Positions 9,100 to 19,284 of a stretch of 36,849 nt of DNA are shown here, piece after piece. This DNA is from Trichomonas gallinae (Eukaryota). Numbering within the stretch: position 1 is the stretch's first letter; each line of letters starts with the position of its first letter. The notes beneath the pieces are model-generated. The model saw only the letters and a list, made by a program, of their open reading frames with translations, did not search any database and was not told where the DNA came from. The DNA lies in NCBI GenBank assembly GCA_008369845.1, contig MRSU01011590.1, positions 1 to 36,849 on the forward strand, read 5' to 3'. The position numbers and the translations under genes were made by a program.

Positions 9100-10032
9100 A
9101 TGGATTTAGATATAGATGCAGTGATCCAATCGATAAGACAAGGCAACCAAGTGCAAGAGCAGGAGGTTGTTGCTATCATGACAAAACTTCAAGAAGTCTT
9201 ATTCAACGAGAGTAATGTTTTAGAATTATCATCACCAATAATTATCTGCGGAGATATTCACGGACAGCTTTACGACTTGTTCCAGCTCTTCGATACGGTA
9301 GTTCCAAAGGGAATCGGTTCAACTAAATTTTTATTTATGGGAGATTACGTTGATAGAGGACGCTTTTCAATGGAAACATTCGCATATCTTGCAGCACTTA
9401 AGTTGAAATATCCTAAACAATTCTTTTTACTTCGTGGAAACCACGAATGTCGTCAAGTTAATCAAGCTTACGGATTTTACGCCGAAACATTACAGAACTA
9501 TGGCCATTCAGGCATATGGTCATTATGTAACGAAATTTTCGATTTACTTCCAATGGCAGCATTAATCGATAATAGAGTATTTAGTGTTCACGGAGGTTTG
9601 TCTCCTAAAGTCACACTAATGGAAACAATTGATTTAATGGATAGACAAGACGAATTACCGTCAAGTGGCGCATTATGTGATTTATGCTGGAGTGATCCAG
9701 ATAATGATATTGAGAACTGGAGAGAAAATGAAAGAGGTGCTGGTTGGATATTTGGTGCTAGACAAGTCCAAGAGTTTTGCCATAATAATAAGATAGATTT
9801 GATTACACGCTCACATCAACTTGCTGCGAATGGATATCAGTGGTTCTTTGAAGAACACTTGATTACTGTTTGGTCAGCACCAAATTACATGTATCGTGCG
9901 GGAAATAAGGCAACTGTTCTAAAATACGATCGTAATGCACCAAAGGAGTTTAGTTTGATATTCTTTGATGCATGTCCTAATGATAAGAGGAAGATTCCCG
10001 AAGATATTACTGTATCTCAATATTTCTTATAA
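9100..10032 (+). CDS. Ser/Thr protein phosphatase, PPP family, PP2A/PP4/PP6-like catalytic subunit
   Basis: GDIHG, GDYVDRG, LRGNHE, VHGGLSP, DLCWSDP and SAPNY motifs, with the C-terminal YFL typical of the PP2A-like group. Start MDLD at 9100. Confidence 0.95.
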   Translation: MDLDIDAVIQSIRQGNQVQEQEVVAIMTKLQEVLFNESNVLELSSPIIICGDIHGQLYDLFQLFDTVVPKGIGSTKFLFMGDYVDRGRFSMETFAYLAALKLKYPKQFFLLRGNHECRQVNQAYGFYAETLQNYGHSGIWSLCNEIFDLLPMAALIDNRVFSVHGGLSPKVTLMETIDLMDRQDELPSSGALCDLCWSDPDNDIENWRENERGAGWIFGARQVQEFCHNNKIDLITRSHQLAANGYQWFFEEHLITVWSAPNYMYRAGNKATVLKYDRNAPKEFSLIFFDACPNDKRKIPEDITVSQYFL

Positions 10033-10583
10033 TAAACTATATGTCATTAATCTTTTAACCTTTGTATTTTAAATAATACTTAACTATTTAACTAACTCAG
10101 CTTATAATTTTAATATTAAAATTTTGAGCTGAAATTCATTAGTAATGAATTATAATAGCAATGATATAGATGCAGTAAATAAAAATAAATATATTGATCA
10201 TGTAATGAAGTCATATTATAGAAAGGATTCCAAGATATATCTGTTAGAAAATTAATATTCGAATTTGCTTATAATATACAAGAATTAAAGAAATTAAAGA
10301 CAAATGAATTTGTTTGTCAAATCAAATTGCATGGTCACCATTTAAATTTAAATCATCAAAATTCAATTCATGTTTTATTGATCAGTTAGTTTTAAATTAT
10401 GATGTAATAGAGAAAAATAAAGCAAATGAACAAATAAAATTTATATGTTATCGATTGATTAATTAAAATCTGATATCAATGATTAATCTCTTGCTGCAAA
10501 TGGAAATATAATGATGTATATAGTCCAAAAACATGGGAAAATTCGATTTTGTCTAAGTAAACTTCCATGTAAAGTATTGAATT

Positions 10584-10613
10584 AACCGCTAAAAACCGGT
10601 TTGGTCGGCCTTT
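10584..10613 (+). promoter_or_regulatory. M3 (AACCGCTA, 10584-10591) plus M5 (CCTTT, 10609-10613) core promoter of rpS9
   Basis: The M3/M5 arrangement described for T. vaginalis ribosomal protein genes; M5 ends 4 nt before ATG 10618. Confidence 0.7.
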
Positions 10614-10617
10614 CCAT

Positions 10618-11172
10618 ATGTCGAGCAGAAACTTCTCTCGTACCTTCAAGAAGCCAATGCGTCCTTACGAAAAGGAGCGCATGCACAAGGAGCTTCAGGT
10701 CGTCGGTGAATACGGCCTTAAGAACAAGCGTGAAATCTGGCGTGTTTCCTACACCCTTTCCAAGATCCGCCATGCCGCTCGTAACCTTCTCACACTCCCA
10801 GAGAACGACACAAAGCGTATCTTCGAGGGTGCTGCTCTCCTTCGCCGCCTCACAAAGCTCGGCGTTCTCGATGAGACAAAGCAGAAGCTCGATTATGTCC
10901 TTTCTCTTACAGTCAACGATCTTATGGATCGCCGTCTCCAGACACAGGTTCACAAGCGTGCTCTCGCTAACTCTGTTCACCATGCTCGCTCCCTCGTTTT
11001 CCAGCGCCATATCGCTGTCGAGAACCAGCTCGTCAACCAACCAGCTTTCCTCGTCTGGAAGGACTCTGAGAAGAACATCCGCTATGCTGAGACATCTGTC
11101 ATGACAACAGAGAAGGCTGGCCGTAAGAAGCGCTTACATGCTCAGAAGAAGAAGGTTGAGGAAGAATTTTAA
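10618..11172 (+). CDS. RPS9: 40S ribosomal protein S9 (uS4)
   Basis: [26 protein letters not shown] and SVHHAR motifs; strong highly-expressed codon bias; TAA stop overlapping the TAAA poly(A) signal. Confidence 0.97.
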   Translation: MSSRNFSRTFKKPMRPYEKERMHKELQVVGEYGLKNKREIWRVSYTLSKIRHAARNLLTLPENDTKRIFEGAALLRRLTKLGVLDETKQKLDYVLSLTVNDLMDRRLQTQVHKRALANSVHHARSLVFQRHIAVENQLVNQPAFLVWKDSEKNIRYAETSVMTTEKAGRKKRLHAQKKKVEEEF

Positions 11173-11537
11173 AGTAAAGCCTTTTATTTACAAAATCTAA
11201 CAAAATTAAATCTGCAGATGAAATAATAAAAAAAAATTAATTCGAATTAACAAAACAAAAATTAAAATATCAATTGCTTGACATTTTGATAACCTTCAGC
11301 AGCTATGCATTTTGCTGCTCTTTTTATTTTAATTTTTTCAAAACCGAATTTTTATTTCCGAAAAATGAATTTCACTCTTTGGTTAAAGTAGATATTTTCT
11401 CATATGGATATCTAGTTGATAACACATTTGATCGCTTACAAAAAAGAAAAAATAATATTATCGAAATTAATTTACAATTTAAATCCATGAACATAAGACA
11501 ATAGACATAGTAGTGAATAAGCAATAGAATATACATA

Positions 11538-12005
11538 TTAAATCAACAAACAACCCTTTGATTTAGCTGGTTGATTTGTAGTTTGTGTATTATTGACAAT
11601 AGGCTGTGTATTGGCGAGTTGGACACGGTTTGGTGGTGGTTGACGAGTCATTTGAGGTTCATTCTCTGTATCTTGATATCGACTAGAATCAAATGATCCA
11701 ATGTCACTATCAGAGTTTTTAGTACCATTTACAATCATTGTCGTAGAGTTTCTATCAATTTTTTGGCTTCTTGGTGTTGTATTTACATCTAATGTATCTG
11801 ATTTGCGTCTAGGATTAGCTTTTGGCTTACTCATATCAGTAGAGCTATCACCCTTACTAGATTTCGTTGGTTTAGACTTTTTACTATATTGCTCACTTGA
11901 TGAATCTTCATCATCATCTCTTCTTTGCATTGTCGGCTCAAGAACTTTATCTTGTGTCTCTGAGTCTGCACTCAAATGGACAGATTTTTCATCATCTGAA
12001 CTCAT
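11538..12005 (-). CDS. Low-complexity disordered protein with C-terminal CaaX prenylation motif (KSKGCLLI)
   Basis: 155-aa S/D/K/T-rich ORF ending in basic residues plus CLLI; an M2 motif lies upstream. Confidence 0.75.
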   Translation of the reverse strand: MSSDDEKSVHLSADSETQDKVLEPTMQRRDDDEDSSSEQYSKKSKPTKSSKGDSSTDMSKPKANPRRKSDTLDVNTTPRSQKIDRNSTTMIVNGTKNSDSDIGSFDSSRYQDTENEPQMTRQPPPNRVQLANTQPIVNNTQTTNQPAKSKGCLLI

Positions 12006-12022
12006 AACGATTTTAGTAGTTT

Positions 12023-12030
12023 GTCACTTT
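12023..12030 (-). promoter_or_regulatory. M2 motif AAAGTGAC upstream of the CaaX gene
   Basis: GTCACTTT on the + strand, 17 nt upstream of the minus-strand ATG at 12005. Confidence 0.55.
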
Positions 12031-12317
12031 TCATTCAAAATTCTTCAAATATTAATTTTTGGACGATTTTAATATTATCAATAGATACAATAGCATTATA
12101 TAAATTCAATTCTGCGATCTGATTCGATGCTTATCGTTAATTTTTTCAGGTTTGAATTATGATTTTTCTAAATATTTATTGCTCGATCTTTTTATAATGA
12201 TATTATGATTAATAATGATGTGCGTAATCTAAGGCACGCAAAACTCATTATATTTCTTTTGAATAATTTTTATGTCAATAATATATATGAGAAATAAGAA
12301 GCGAATGCTAGTTTACT

Positions 12318-14549
12318 TTAGTTAGCGTGCTTTGCGAATGTCTCAGAGTCGTGGGAAAGTGAGAATGGTGTTGGATCTGGGATATCGATCTTCTCGTTGC
12401 ATCTGATTCTGTCGAGTGCGAGTAATAAGAGCTTCTTGTCCTCGATAGCCTCATCAGCGAAGACATCAGCAAGTGCTTGGAGGATCTTCTTCCTGTCTTC
12501 ACCCTGGAACTTGGCGATGTTAAGGACAAGGTAAGCAACTTGCTGGACGATTGCAGCCTTGTCAGTAAGGTTGATGTCATTAAGAGCGACTTCTTCGAGT
12601 GAGTCGAGTGGGCTCTCTTCTTCCTCACCGAACTCCTTCTTGAAGTTTTCGACGACAGCGCGCAAGAATGTGGCAGCGAGCTCTGGTGTCTCACCTGACT
12701 GCTGGACAAGCTCTTCATAGTCTGTTGACTCAGCTTCCTCGAAGTCGATGTCATTGAATGCCTGGAGGATGTCATCGTCAACATCTTCGTGCTGGCCTGA
12801 TAATGAGAACAAAAGCTGTTGTGCGGCGGCGGCCACGACTGGGGATGACATTGATGACAAAGAGAGGTAAGCCAAAACTGGTGCTGGAGCTGTGATATTT
12901 GGTGTCTGGTCGTGGAACTTGTTGTGTGCTGTCTTAAGGAGCTTGATGGCAGCGAGTGTAGCCTCTTCGCTCTCACCTGTCATTGTGCTGAGGACGAGTT
13001 CTGTGACGACAGCGGCAGACTCTTCTGTGAGGACTTGTCTGACTAAATCAAGTGCAGCGGCCTTGACAGCGTCGACTTCATCCTGGGCAAGTGACAAGCC
13101 GCATTGTGTAACTTCGTCTGGGAGCTCAACCTTAGCGTGCTGGGCGACGAGCTGGAGGGCCTTGGCGACACACTCTCTGATCTCAGCGTCTTCGTTGTCG
13201 GCGAATGAGAAGATTGCCTGGAGGAGGTCTTCGAAGTGCTCGTTGACCATCTCGTGAACCGAGATTGTGCGGCGTGCGAGGTCGCGGATTGGGAATGATG
13301 AGTGGCAGATGTTCTTGAAGCAGAGAAGAAGAAGATCTGTGATATCGTATTTCAACTTCTTGAGTTCAGCTGTGCAGATGACGCCGCCATCGAGGATAGC
13401 AGCGATTGGAGAGCGAAGGAACTCTTCAACAAGGTCATGAACCTTCTCATCGAAAAGGTGATGATCTTCGTCGTGGAGGCGCAGAAGCTTGACGAGTGTC
13501 TTTGCGGCCATTGCGTTGGCGTTGCCCTTCTGTGTGAGTGGAGCTGGGTCGTTTGGCATCTCATCGTGAGCGAGATCAACGAGTTCATCTGAGATTTCGT
13601 CAGCGAAGTCTTCTGGAAGTGGGACATCGGAGTCTTCTAAGCAGTTTGCGATGGCAGCAAGGTGGCCTTCGCGCTGGACCCACAAATTCTCGCCGACTGG
13701 GAGAAGAGATCTGATGAAGTCTTCGCGGCCTTCTGTGAGGCTCTTGTAGACAGAAGATACAACCTTAGCAGCAGCGCGGCGAGCGTTTGAGTATGGATGT
13801 GATAATCTCTTGATTGCGCAGGTGAGAATCTGGTCCTTGAATGTAGAAAGAACGAACTGACGGCTTTGGTTGAATGCTTCGCGGTGCTTCTCGAGTGTGC
13901 AATCGAGCTCATCTGTAACGAAGAGAAGAAGTGCGCGTGTTGAGTACCAGTATCCATAACCGTTCTCGCTGTCGTTTGTGAGAACATCAAGCTCTGTGTC
14001 GTTTGTAATTGACTTGATGAGCAAAAGTAATGATTCGACGGAAACGATTCTGAAAGCTGTAGCGAGTCTGCCGAGTGCCATCTGCTGGCCTTCGATAGCA
14101 AAAGCGGTTGGAGCTGGCTTGAAGACGTAATCTGTGAGGCCGAGCTGTGGATTAAGAATTGCTGGACCAACTTGAAGAGCAAGCTGTCCAATGCATTGTG
14201 CAGACATTTCACGAACCTCACGCTTTGGATTGCTGAGGAGTTCGCCCATGTACTTTGTGAATTCGGCGTGATTAAGAAGAGCATCTAATTTTTGCTCTTT
14301 TGTAAGTGTAGAGTTCTCAAGGACGTACTTTGTGCATGAGAGTGTGTATTGCTGGATGTGCCACTGGTTGTAGTGAATTAATTTGTTGAAAAGATCGAAT
14401 AAATCATTAATACGATCTGTTGTTGGAATTCCACCACGAAGGCAATCTGTGACCTTGTCGAGCTCCTCGATGACAACTTCACGCCTTGGTGTTGGGCGTG
14501 CAAGCTCTTCGTAAACTGGAGATAAATCCATTTTTATATTCTGGTCCAT
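12318..14549 (-). CDS. HEAT/ARM-repeat alpha-solenoid protein
   Basis: HEAT-like motifs LSNPKREVREMSAQCIGQL, LSHPYSNARRAAAKVV, WVQREGHLAAI, ADNEDAEIRECVAKAL and LAQDEVDAVKAAALDL; strongly biased codons. Start at 14549 or 14531. Confidence 0.8.
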   Translation of the reverse strand: MDQNIKMDLSPVYEELARPTPRREVVIEELDKVTDCLRGGIPTTDRINDLFDLFNKLIHYNQWHIQQYTLSCTKYVLENSTLTKEQKLDALLNHAEFTKYMGELLSNPKREVREMSAQCIGQLALQVGPAILNPQLGLTDYVFKPAPTAFAIEGQQMALGRLATAFRIVSVESLLLLIKSITNDTELDVLTNDSENGYGYWYSTRALLLFVTDELDCTLEKHREAFNQSRQFVLSTFKDQILTCAIKRLSHPYSNARRAAAKVVSSVYKSLTEGREDFIRSLLPVGENLWVQREGHLAAIANCLEDSDVPLPEDFADEISDELVDLAHDEMPNDPAPLTQKGNANAMAAKTLVKLLRLHDEDHHLFDEKVHDLVEEFLRSPIAAILDGGVICTAELKKLKYDITDLLLLCFKNICHSSFPIRDLARRTISVHEMVNEHFEDLLQAIFSFADNEDAEIRECVAKALQLVAQHAKVELPDEVTQCGLSLAQDEVDAVKAAALDLVRQVLTEESAAVVTELVLSTMTGESEEATLAAIKLLKTAHNKFHDQTPNITAPAPVLAYLSLSSMSSPVVAAAAQQLLFSLSGQHEDVDDDILQAFNDIDFEEAESTDYEELVQQSGETPELAATFLRAVVENFKKEFGEEEESPLDSLEEVALNDINLTDKAAIVQQVAYLVLNIAKFQGEDRKKILQALADVFADEAIEDKKLLLLALDRIRCNEKIDIPDPTPFSLSHDSETFAKHAN

Positions 14550-14834
14550 TTTATCGTCGTGTCTCAATTAAATCATTTTTACCTTACTTCTCTTAAATAT
14601 AGCATATTTATGCCATAATAAACCTATTTACGCCAAAATTATTCAGTTTTGACTTGATTTTTTATCACAAAAAAATAATTAATCAAATATTGCTAAATAT
14701 AGCTAATGCATATTTCATTACATTGAGGCATATTGTAAGTTTGATATATCAAATTTACATTATTACTTATAAATTTTTATATTGAAAAAAATTCCCAATT
14801 TTATTATACAATAAACACTAATATGGTAGGAGTT

Positions 14835-15137
14835 TTATGGTGATGGATGCATAGATTTGATTTTCTGGACTATTGATTTGAATTCGGAGATAACATAGAA
14901 TAATGCCCAGCAGCATAAGAATAATAAGAGGAATTTGAGTGTCTGAGACCATCCAGATTTCTTGATGTTATAATAAGCATCTTGAAACTGATCAAAATGC
15001 ATATAAAGATAAATTAAAGTAGGAACTGAAATAATTGCAAAGAAAATAATATTGTCCTTCAGCGTTGGCTTTATCGTTTCTTTTGCATCTTTGTTTTCAT
15101 TCTCTTTCTTTCCTTTGATGTTTTTCTTCTTACCCAT
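14835..15137 (-). CDS. Small membrane protein (100 aa; Lys-rich N-terminus, two TM helices)
   Basis: MGKKKN start; hydrophobic segments IIFFAIISVPTLIYLYM and FLLLFLCCWALFYVI. Confidence 0.65.
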   Translation of the reverse strand: MGKKKNIKGKKENENKDAKETIKPTLKDNIIFFAIISVPTLIYLYMHFDQFQDAYYNIKKSGWSQTLKFLLLFLCCWALFYVISEFKSIVQKIKSMHPSP

Positions 15138-15498
15138 ATTAATTAATATGGGGCTTGAATTATTATTAAGGGGAAATATTCCAGAAAAAATATTGGGGTT
15201 TGACAAATCTATTGAGGGGAAATAATATAACATTCTCAGGCATGAAATGCTATAAAATATCTCAAATTAGTAGTGCACTAGAATCAATCTGATCCAGGAT
15301 ATAATTAGTCCGCAAGCAGGTGCTTAACACCAGATAAAATTGGTTCTCAAATCACATCCATAATTCGAGACGCGAGTTCATCGAAAATAGAAAATTTGTT
15401 GGGTAAGGAAAAATAGGGGTTGAAAAAATATTTATGGTGTGAGATTAAATAGGGTCTAACATATTTATGTAGGGTTGAATTAATAAGAGGGGGAGAAA

Positions 15499-15503
15499 TC
15501 ACT
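15499..15503 (+). promoter_or_regulatory. Inr TCACT upstream of the talin-like gene
   Basis: Consensus Inr ending 25 nt before ATG 15529. Confidence 0.45.
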
Positions 15504-15528
15504 TAGCAGGAGTTTTATATTGTAAAAT

Positions 15529-18500
15529 ATGGAAGCTTTTAGTGCTGTTAAATCTGCATTCAAAATAGAAGAAGATTTAAGCAAGAGCAAAGTTTCCACA
15601 TTTGACATCATTAAGCCACTGTTCCCAAGCGGTATTCCAGGAAAAGTTGAAAATTCGCCAATATTTTTATCAGGCATTCCATTTTCTTTACTTATTGGAG
15701 CTATCAAAGTTGAAGGTTTGCAACCCACTGACATCAATATCTTCATTGGACTTAACAATATTATCTTACACTTCGCACAAGGTTTCAAAAAGAAAGCTGC
15801 ATCAAGCTTCAATGATACTGAAAAGCAAATTGCAAGATACGTCATATCAACAATGGCAAATTCACTTAACAACTTCACAAATATCGTCGACGCAAGTAGA
15901 TTAAACGAATATACACGATTTTTCTCTCAATACGGAGGATTAATTCCAGTTGCTGGTCAGGATGATCAAATCAGCAATTTGTATACCCAGGTGCAGCAAA
16001 TTTCTCAATATTTGGAAGCTTGCGCGTCTGCAATATATTCGCCACGAACTTTTTCACTGTCAAGTGACTTAATGGCTCAACTCAAGAGCTTATCACAATT
16101 AGCACAGTCATTTATGCTATTTGAAACGCTTACAGGTGATGTATCATTCTCTTCACAGATTGATGCCGTCATTTACAACATCGCAGTCGAAATAATCGCA
16201 AGCGCATCAGCCAAAACAGTTGCATCTATCAATGATACTATCAAGAAATTTACTGAAAGGAAGCAAACTCTCGGCTTAACTTCATTCGCAAGTATTCGAT
16301 CGGACATCATCGACGAAATCAACGCTACTCTTTCAAAAATTGCTGAAGATGTCCAGAAATCACTTCAAGGAGCTTCACAATCAGTCATAAAGCTTCCTCC
16401 TGAAAATTATTTTCCAACAGAATTTTCTAACTCTATGATTCAAATTCTGACAATGTACGCAAGCCAGCAATTGCGACCTAATGATGTTGTACAAACTCTT
16501 TCTGCAATCCAAGCGAAATCCACAAATCCAATCTTGACAGCTTATTGCAAGAAGGCAATAGCTAATCCAAAAGCCTCGTTTGGTGCTACAGCAGTTGCAG
16601 GCTCCCTCCTTCCATATGGAATTAATGCTAGTGTCACTTATTTCTGCTCATTAGCTCTGGCATATCCACAATATGTTACATCTATGCTTAAAGATGTTTC
16701 TAATGCTCAAATTGATTCATTGGTGAGCTTATTGCGCGTTTCAGCAAGCTCAACAACAATTTCTGACATTTATGTAGAATCAATTTCATCTTATCTCATT
16801 AATCTTACAGCTGCCATCAAATCATTTGCTGTCAGTTTATACGTTGCTGCAGCTTCATTGCTTAACGGCAACAAACAAGCTGAAGAAGATTTCCAAGTTT
16901 TCATCCAGACAAATCCGTTTGCTTTCGACCTCCAAAACATCGTCTGTATGTCTGCAGCTGCTGAGAGCTCAATCAAGATCATCCACAGCCTCGGACTCCC
17001 AGAACTTGCACAAAGCGAAGCACAGCTCAACACATTAGTCTCCAATTTCTTAGAATTCACTAAGGGCAACCAAGCCCCAGCAAACTTCAAGGAACACGTC
17101 AGCGCATTAGCCGCCAAAATATGCGAGTCAATCGAGAAGAAGGAAATCGAGCGCTCTAAGGTCGAAGCATTCACATTGGCTGCCGAAATGTATGCATTCT
17201 CTCGCAAAGAATATCACTCTTTCATTGAGGATTTAGTTACATACGGCAAAGACATCAAGGACGCCGAGCATCTCGGCCAGGGCATCATTGAAGTCATCTC
17301 GCCAATGATCATCAAGACAAAGGCCATGGAACTCGCTGATCTTCTTAAATTGGATGACAAAGAATTCCAGAAGAACTACAAGGCTACAGCTCAGGCAACA
17401 GAAAAGAGCGACATCAAGACTGTCAAAGAGTTATGCGCCAAAGCAAAGAACACAGACAGTGTGATGACTGCCAGAAGATATTTGACACGCGTAAACAAGA
17501 TCCTTGTCACAACAATCTGGCAATTCCAGAACGAGGTGTATGACACATACAAGATGCTGAAAACAGAGAACGATTTTGTCGACAAAGTTGATGCATTGGC
17601 CACGAAATTCAACATCAAGTACTATGCTAAGGCAAGCGAATCAAATCCACGTGCAGCAACATTATTTGATTTGACATCTCTCCTCGCTTTCGCTATTGCT
17701 TACGAACTCGGCTCTCCAAGCCAGTACCTCGATGAGTTCATCGCTAACCCATCATACGAACTCGGCTTAGAAGCGATCGCCTGCGTCATTGCGAACTTCT
17801 TCAAAGTTGGCAACTTAGGTGACCAATATCTCTCATTAGTCACACAGCTCGCCCAGTCCCTCTACTGGTACAGAGACCACAAGAACACGAAGTACTTCAT
17901 CGAGCACCTCACTAAGGCCGTTAAAGTATCAACACCAAATCAATGTGGTGTCAACAACCAAATGTACTGCGCATGCTTCGTCATCATCATTCGTGAGGCC
18001 AAAGTCAGCGAAAGACTCGATGAAATCGTTGGATTGTTGGGAATCAACAATTACACTTATGAATCTTTCTTCCCACCGAAGCCATACCCAGAGGCTCAGC
18101 CAGTCAAAGCAATTCCACCGCCATCCGTCAAGGAAGACCAGAAGCCTGTTGTCAAAGAAGAATCTAAGCCAGCTAAAGTAGCTCCGCAGCCAGAATCCAT
18201 CCCAACACCACCACCTCCACCACCTAAAGACGAAGAACCAAAGCGCACGATGAATGCCAGCCCAAGCATCGACAATCTCAAGGATAAGAAGAGGGGCAAG
18301 GGTCTCGAAAAGTTCTCATTGAGATTATTGAGACTAGTCGAACAATCACGTCAGACAATGTCTGCTCTCGAGAAGTACTCTATCTTAATGACGGATGACA
18401 AATACAAGAAGTTCACAGACAGCATCGAAATCCTTTCTTCTTTATTATCAGAAACATCAGATTCATGGACACGCGCTGTTCTTCAATCCGTCCAAGATTT

Positions 18501-19284
18501 GTCTAAGTCAGTTGAAAGCCACAACGCTACTAAAGATTACAACAGTGATATTGATACAATGTCACGCATCATGATGGAAATTATCGAGCACTCACTCAGC
18601 GGATTCGGTTTGGCTTCAACTGCTCAGGCTGAAATGTATCTCATGAACGCCAAAGTCGATGCCCTTCAGGCAGAAATCAACGACATGGCCTCCAAGAAGG
18701 AAAACACTGACACAATGAGACAGTTGATCATCCAGGAAGGTGGCGGTCTTCTCAAGCTCACAAGAAATCTTTCTAAGAGCGCTCGTCAGCAATGCGACTT
18801 CTTGATCTTGACGAACAAGTCTATTTCCAACGAAGCACGTTTGATCAACGCTGCCAAACAAGTCGCTGACACAGCCCAGATGTTCTTCTTGCTCATCAAG
18901 TCCACAACACCAAACGATTCGATGTTTATCTACAAAGTCGTCGCTGCTGCAAAAGGCATGAACCAGGCTCTCACATCACTTCTCGTTAACTTCAGGCAAA
19001 TCGCCAACGTTAACCCAGAGATCCAAAAGAAGATGGAAGCCACAGTCAAAGACATCCAGAAGACAATGTCTAAGATCATCGAAGCGGCTGAAGAAAGATA
19101 CGGACCGGACCACGACGTCAACTTAGAAAATGCGAAGAAAGAGATGACAGCACACCAATTGAAAGTTGCGAGGATGAACGCAAGCAACGACGTCCTCAAG
19201 AAGAGGAGAGAGTTGGAAGAGGCTGAAGAAGCACTCAAGAGATTCAACAGAAATGCGGCAAACAAATCACGTCCTCAAAACTAA
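15529..19284 (+). CDS. Large helical protein with Pro-rich linker and C-terminal I/LWEQ (THATCH; talin/HIP1R/Sla2-type) actin-binding domain
   Basis: C-terminal blocks LINAAKQVA, VVAAAKGMNQALTSLL and NDVLKKRRELEEAEEALKRFNR resemble the talin actin-binding bundle and dimerisation helix; PTPPPPPP linker. Confidence 0.75.
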   Translation: MEAFSAVKSAFKIEEDLSKSKVSTFDIIKPLFPSGIPGKVENSPIFLSGIPFSLLIGAIKVEGLQPTDINIFIGLNNIILHFAQGFKKKAASSFNDTEKQIARYVISTMANSLNNFTNIVDASRLNEYTRFFSQYGGLIPVAGQDDQISNLYTQVQQISQYLEACASAIYSPRTFSLSSDLMAQLKSLSQLAQSFMLFETLTGDVSFSSQIDAVIYNIAVEIIASASAKTVASINDTIKKFTERKQTLGLTSFASIRSDIIDEINATLSKIAEDVQKSLQGASQSVIKLPPENYFPTEFSNSMIQILTMYASQQLRPNDVVQTLSAIQAKSTNPILTAYCKKAIANPKASFGATAVAGSLLPYGINASVTYFCSLALAYPQYVTSMLKDVSNAQIDSLVSLLRVSASSTTISDIYVESISSYLINLTAAIKSFAVSLYVAAASLLNGNKQAEEDFQVFIQTNPFAFDLQNIVCMSAAAESSIKIIHSLGLPELAQSEAQLNTLVSNFLEFTKGNQAPANFKEHVSALAAKICESIEKKEIERSKVEAFTLAAEMYAFSRKEYHSFIEDLVTYGKDIKDAEHLGQGIIEVISPMIIKTKAMELADLLKLDDKEFQKNYKATAQATEKSDIKTVKELCAKAKNTDSVMTARRYLTRVNKILVTTIWQFQNEVYDTYKMLKTENDFVDKVDALATKFNIKYYAKASESNPRAATLFDLTSLLAFAIAYELGSPSQYLDEFIANPSYELGLEAIACVIANFFKVGNLGDQYLSLVTQLAQSLYWYRDHKNTKYFIEHLTKAVKVSTPNQCGVNNQMYCACFVIIIREAKVSERLDEIVGLLGINNYTYESFFPPKPYPEAQPVKAIPPPSVKEDQKPVVKEESKPAKVAPQPESIPTPPPPPPKDEEPKRTMNASPSIDNLKDKKRGKGLEKFSLRLLRLVEQSRQTMSALEKYSILMTDDKYKKFTDSIEILSSLLSETSDSWTRAVLQSVQDLSKSVESHNATKDYNSDIDTMSRIMMEIIEHSLSGFGLASTAQAEMYLMNAKVDALQAEINDMASKKENTDTMRQLIIQEGGGLLKLTRNLSKSARQQCDFLILTNKSISNEARLINAAKQVADTAQMFFLLIKSTTPNDSMFIYKVVAAAKGMNQALTSLLVNFRQIANVNPEIQKKMEATVKDIQKTMSKIIEAAEERYGPDHDVNLENAKKEMTAHQLKVARMNASNDVLKKRRELEEAEEALKRFNRNAANKSRPQN

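Noticed and set aside
10582..11104. Antisense and alternative-frame ORFs over rpS9; likewise those nested in eIF2B, HEAT, talin-like and dynein genes
   Set aside because: Expected by-products of strong codon bias in real genes; no independent motifs.
11274..11504. 76-aa ORF with a TTG start in a convergent spacer
   Set aside because: AT-rich, non-ATG start, with the F/N/K/I-rich composition typical of spurious ORFs.
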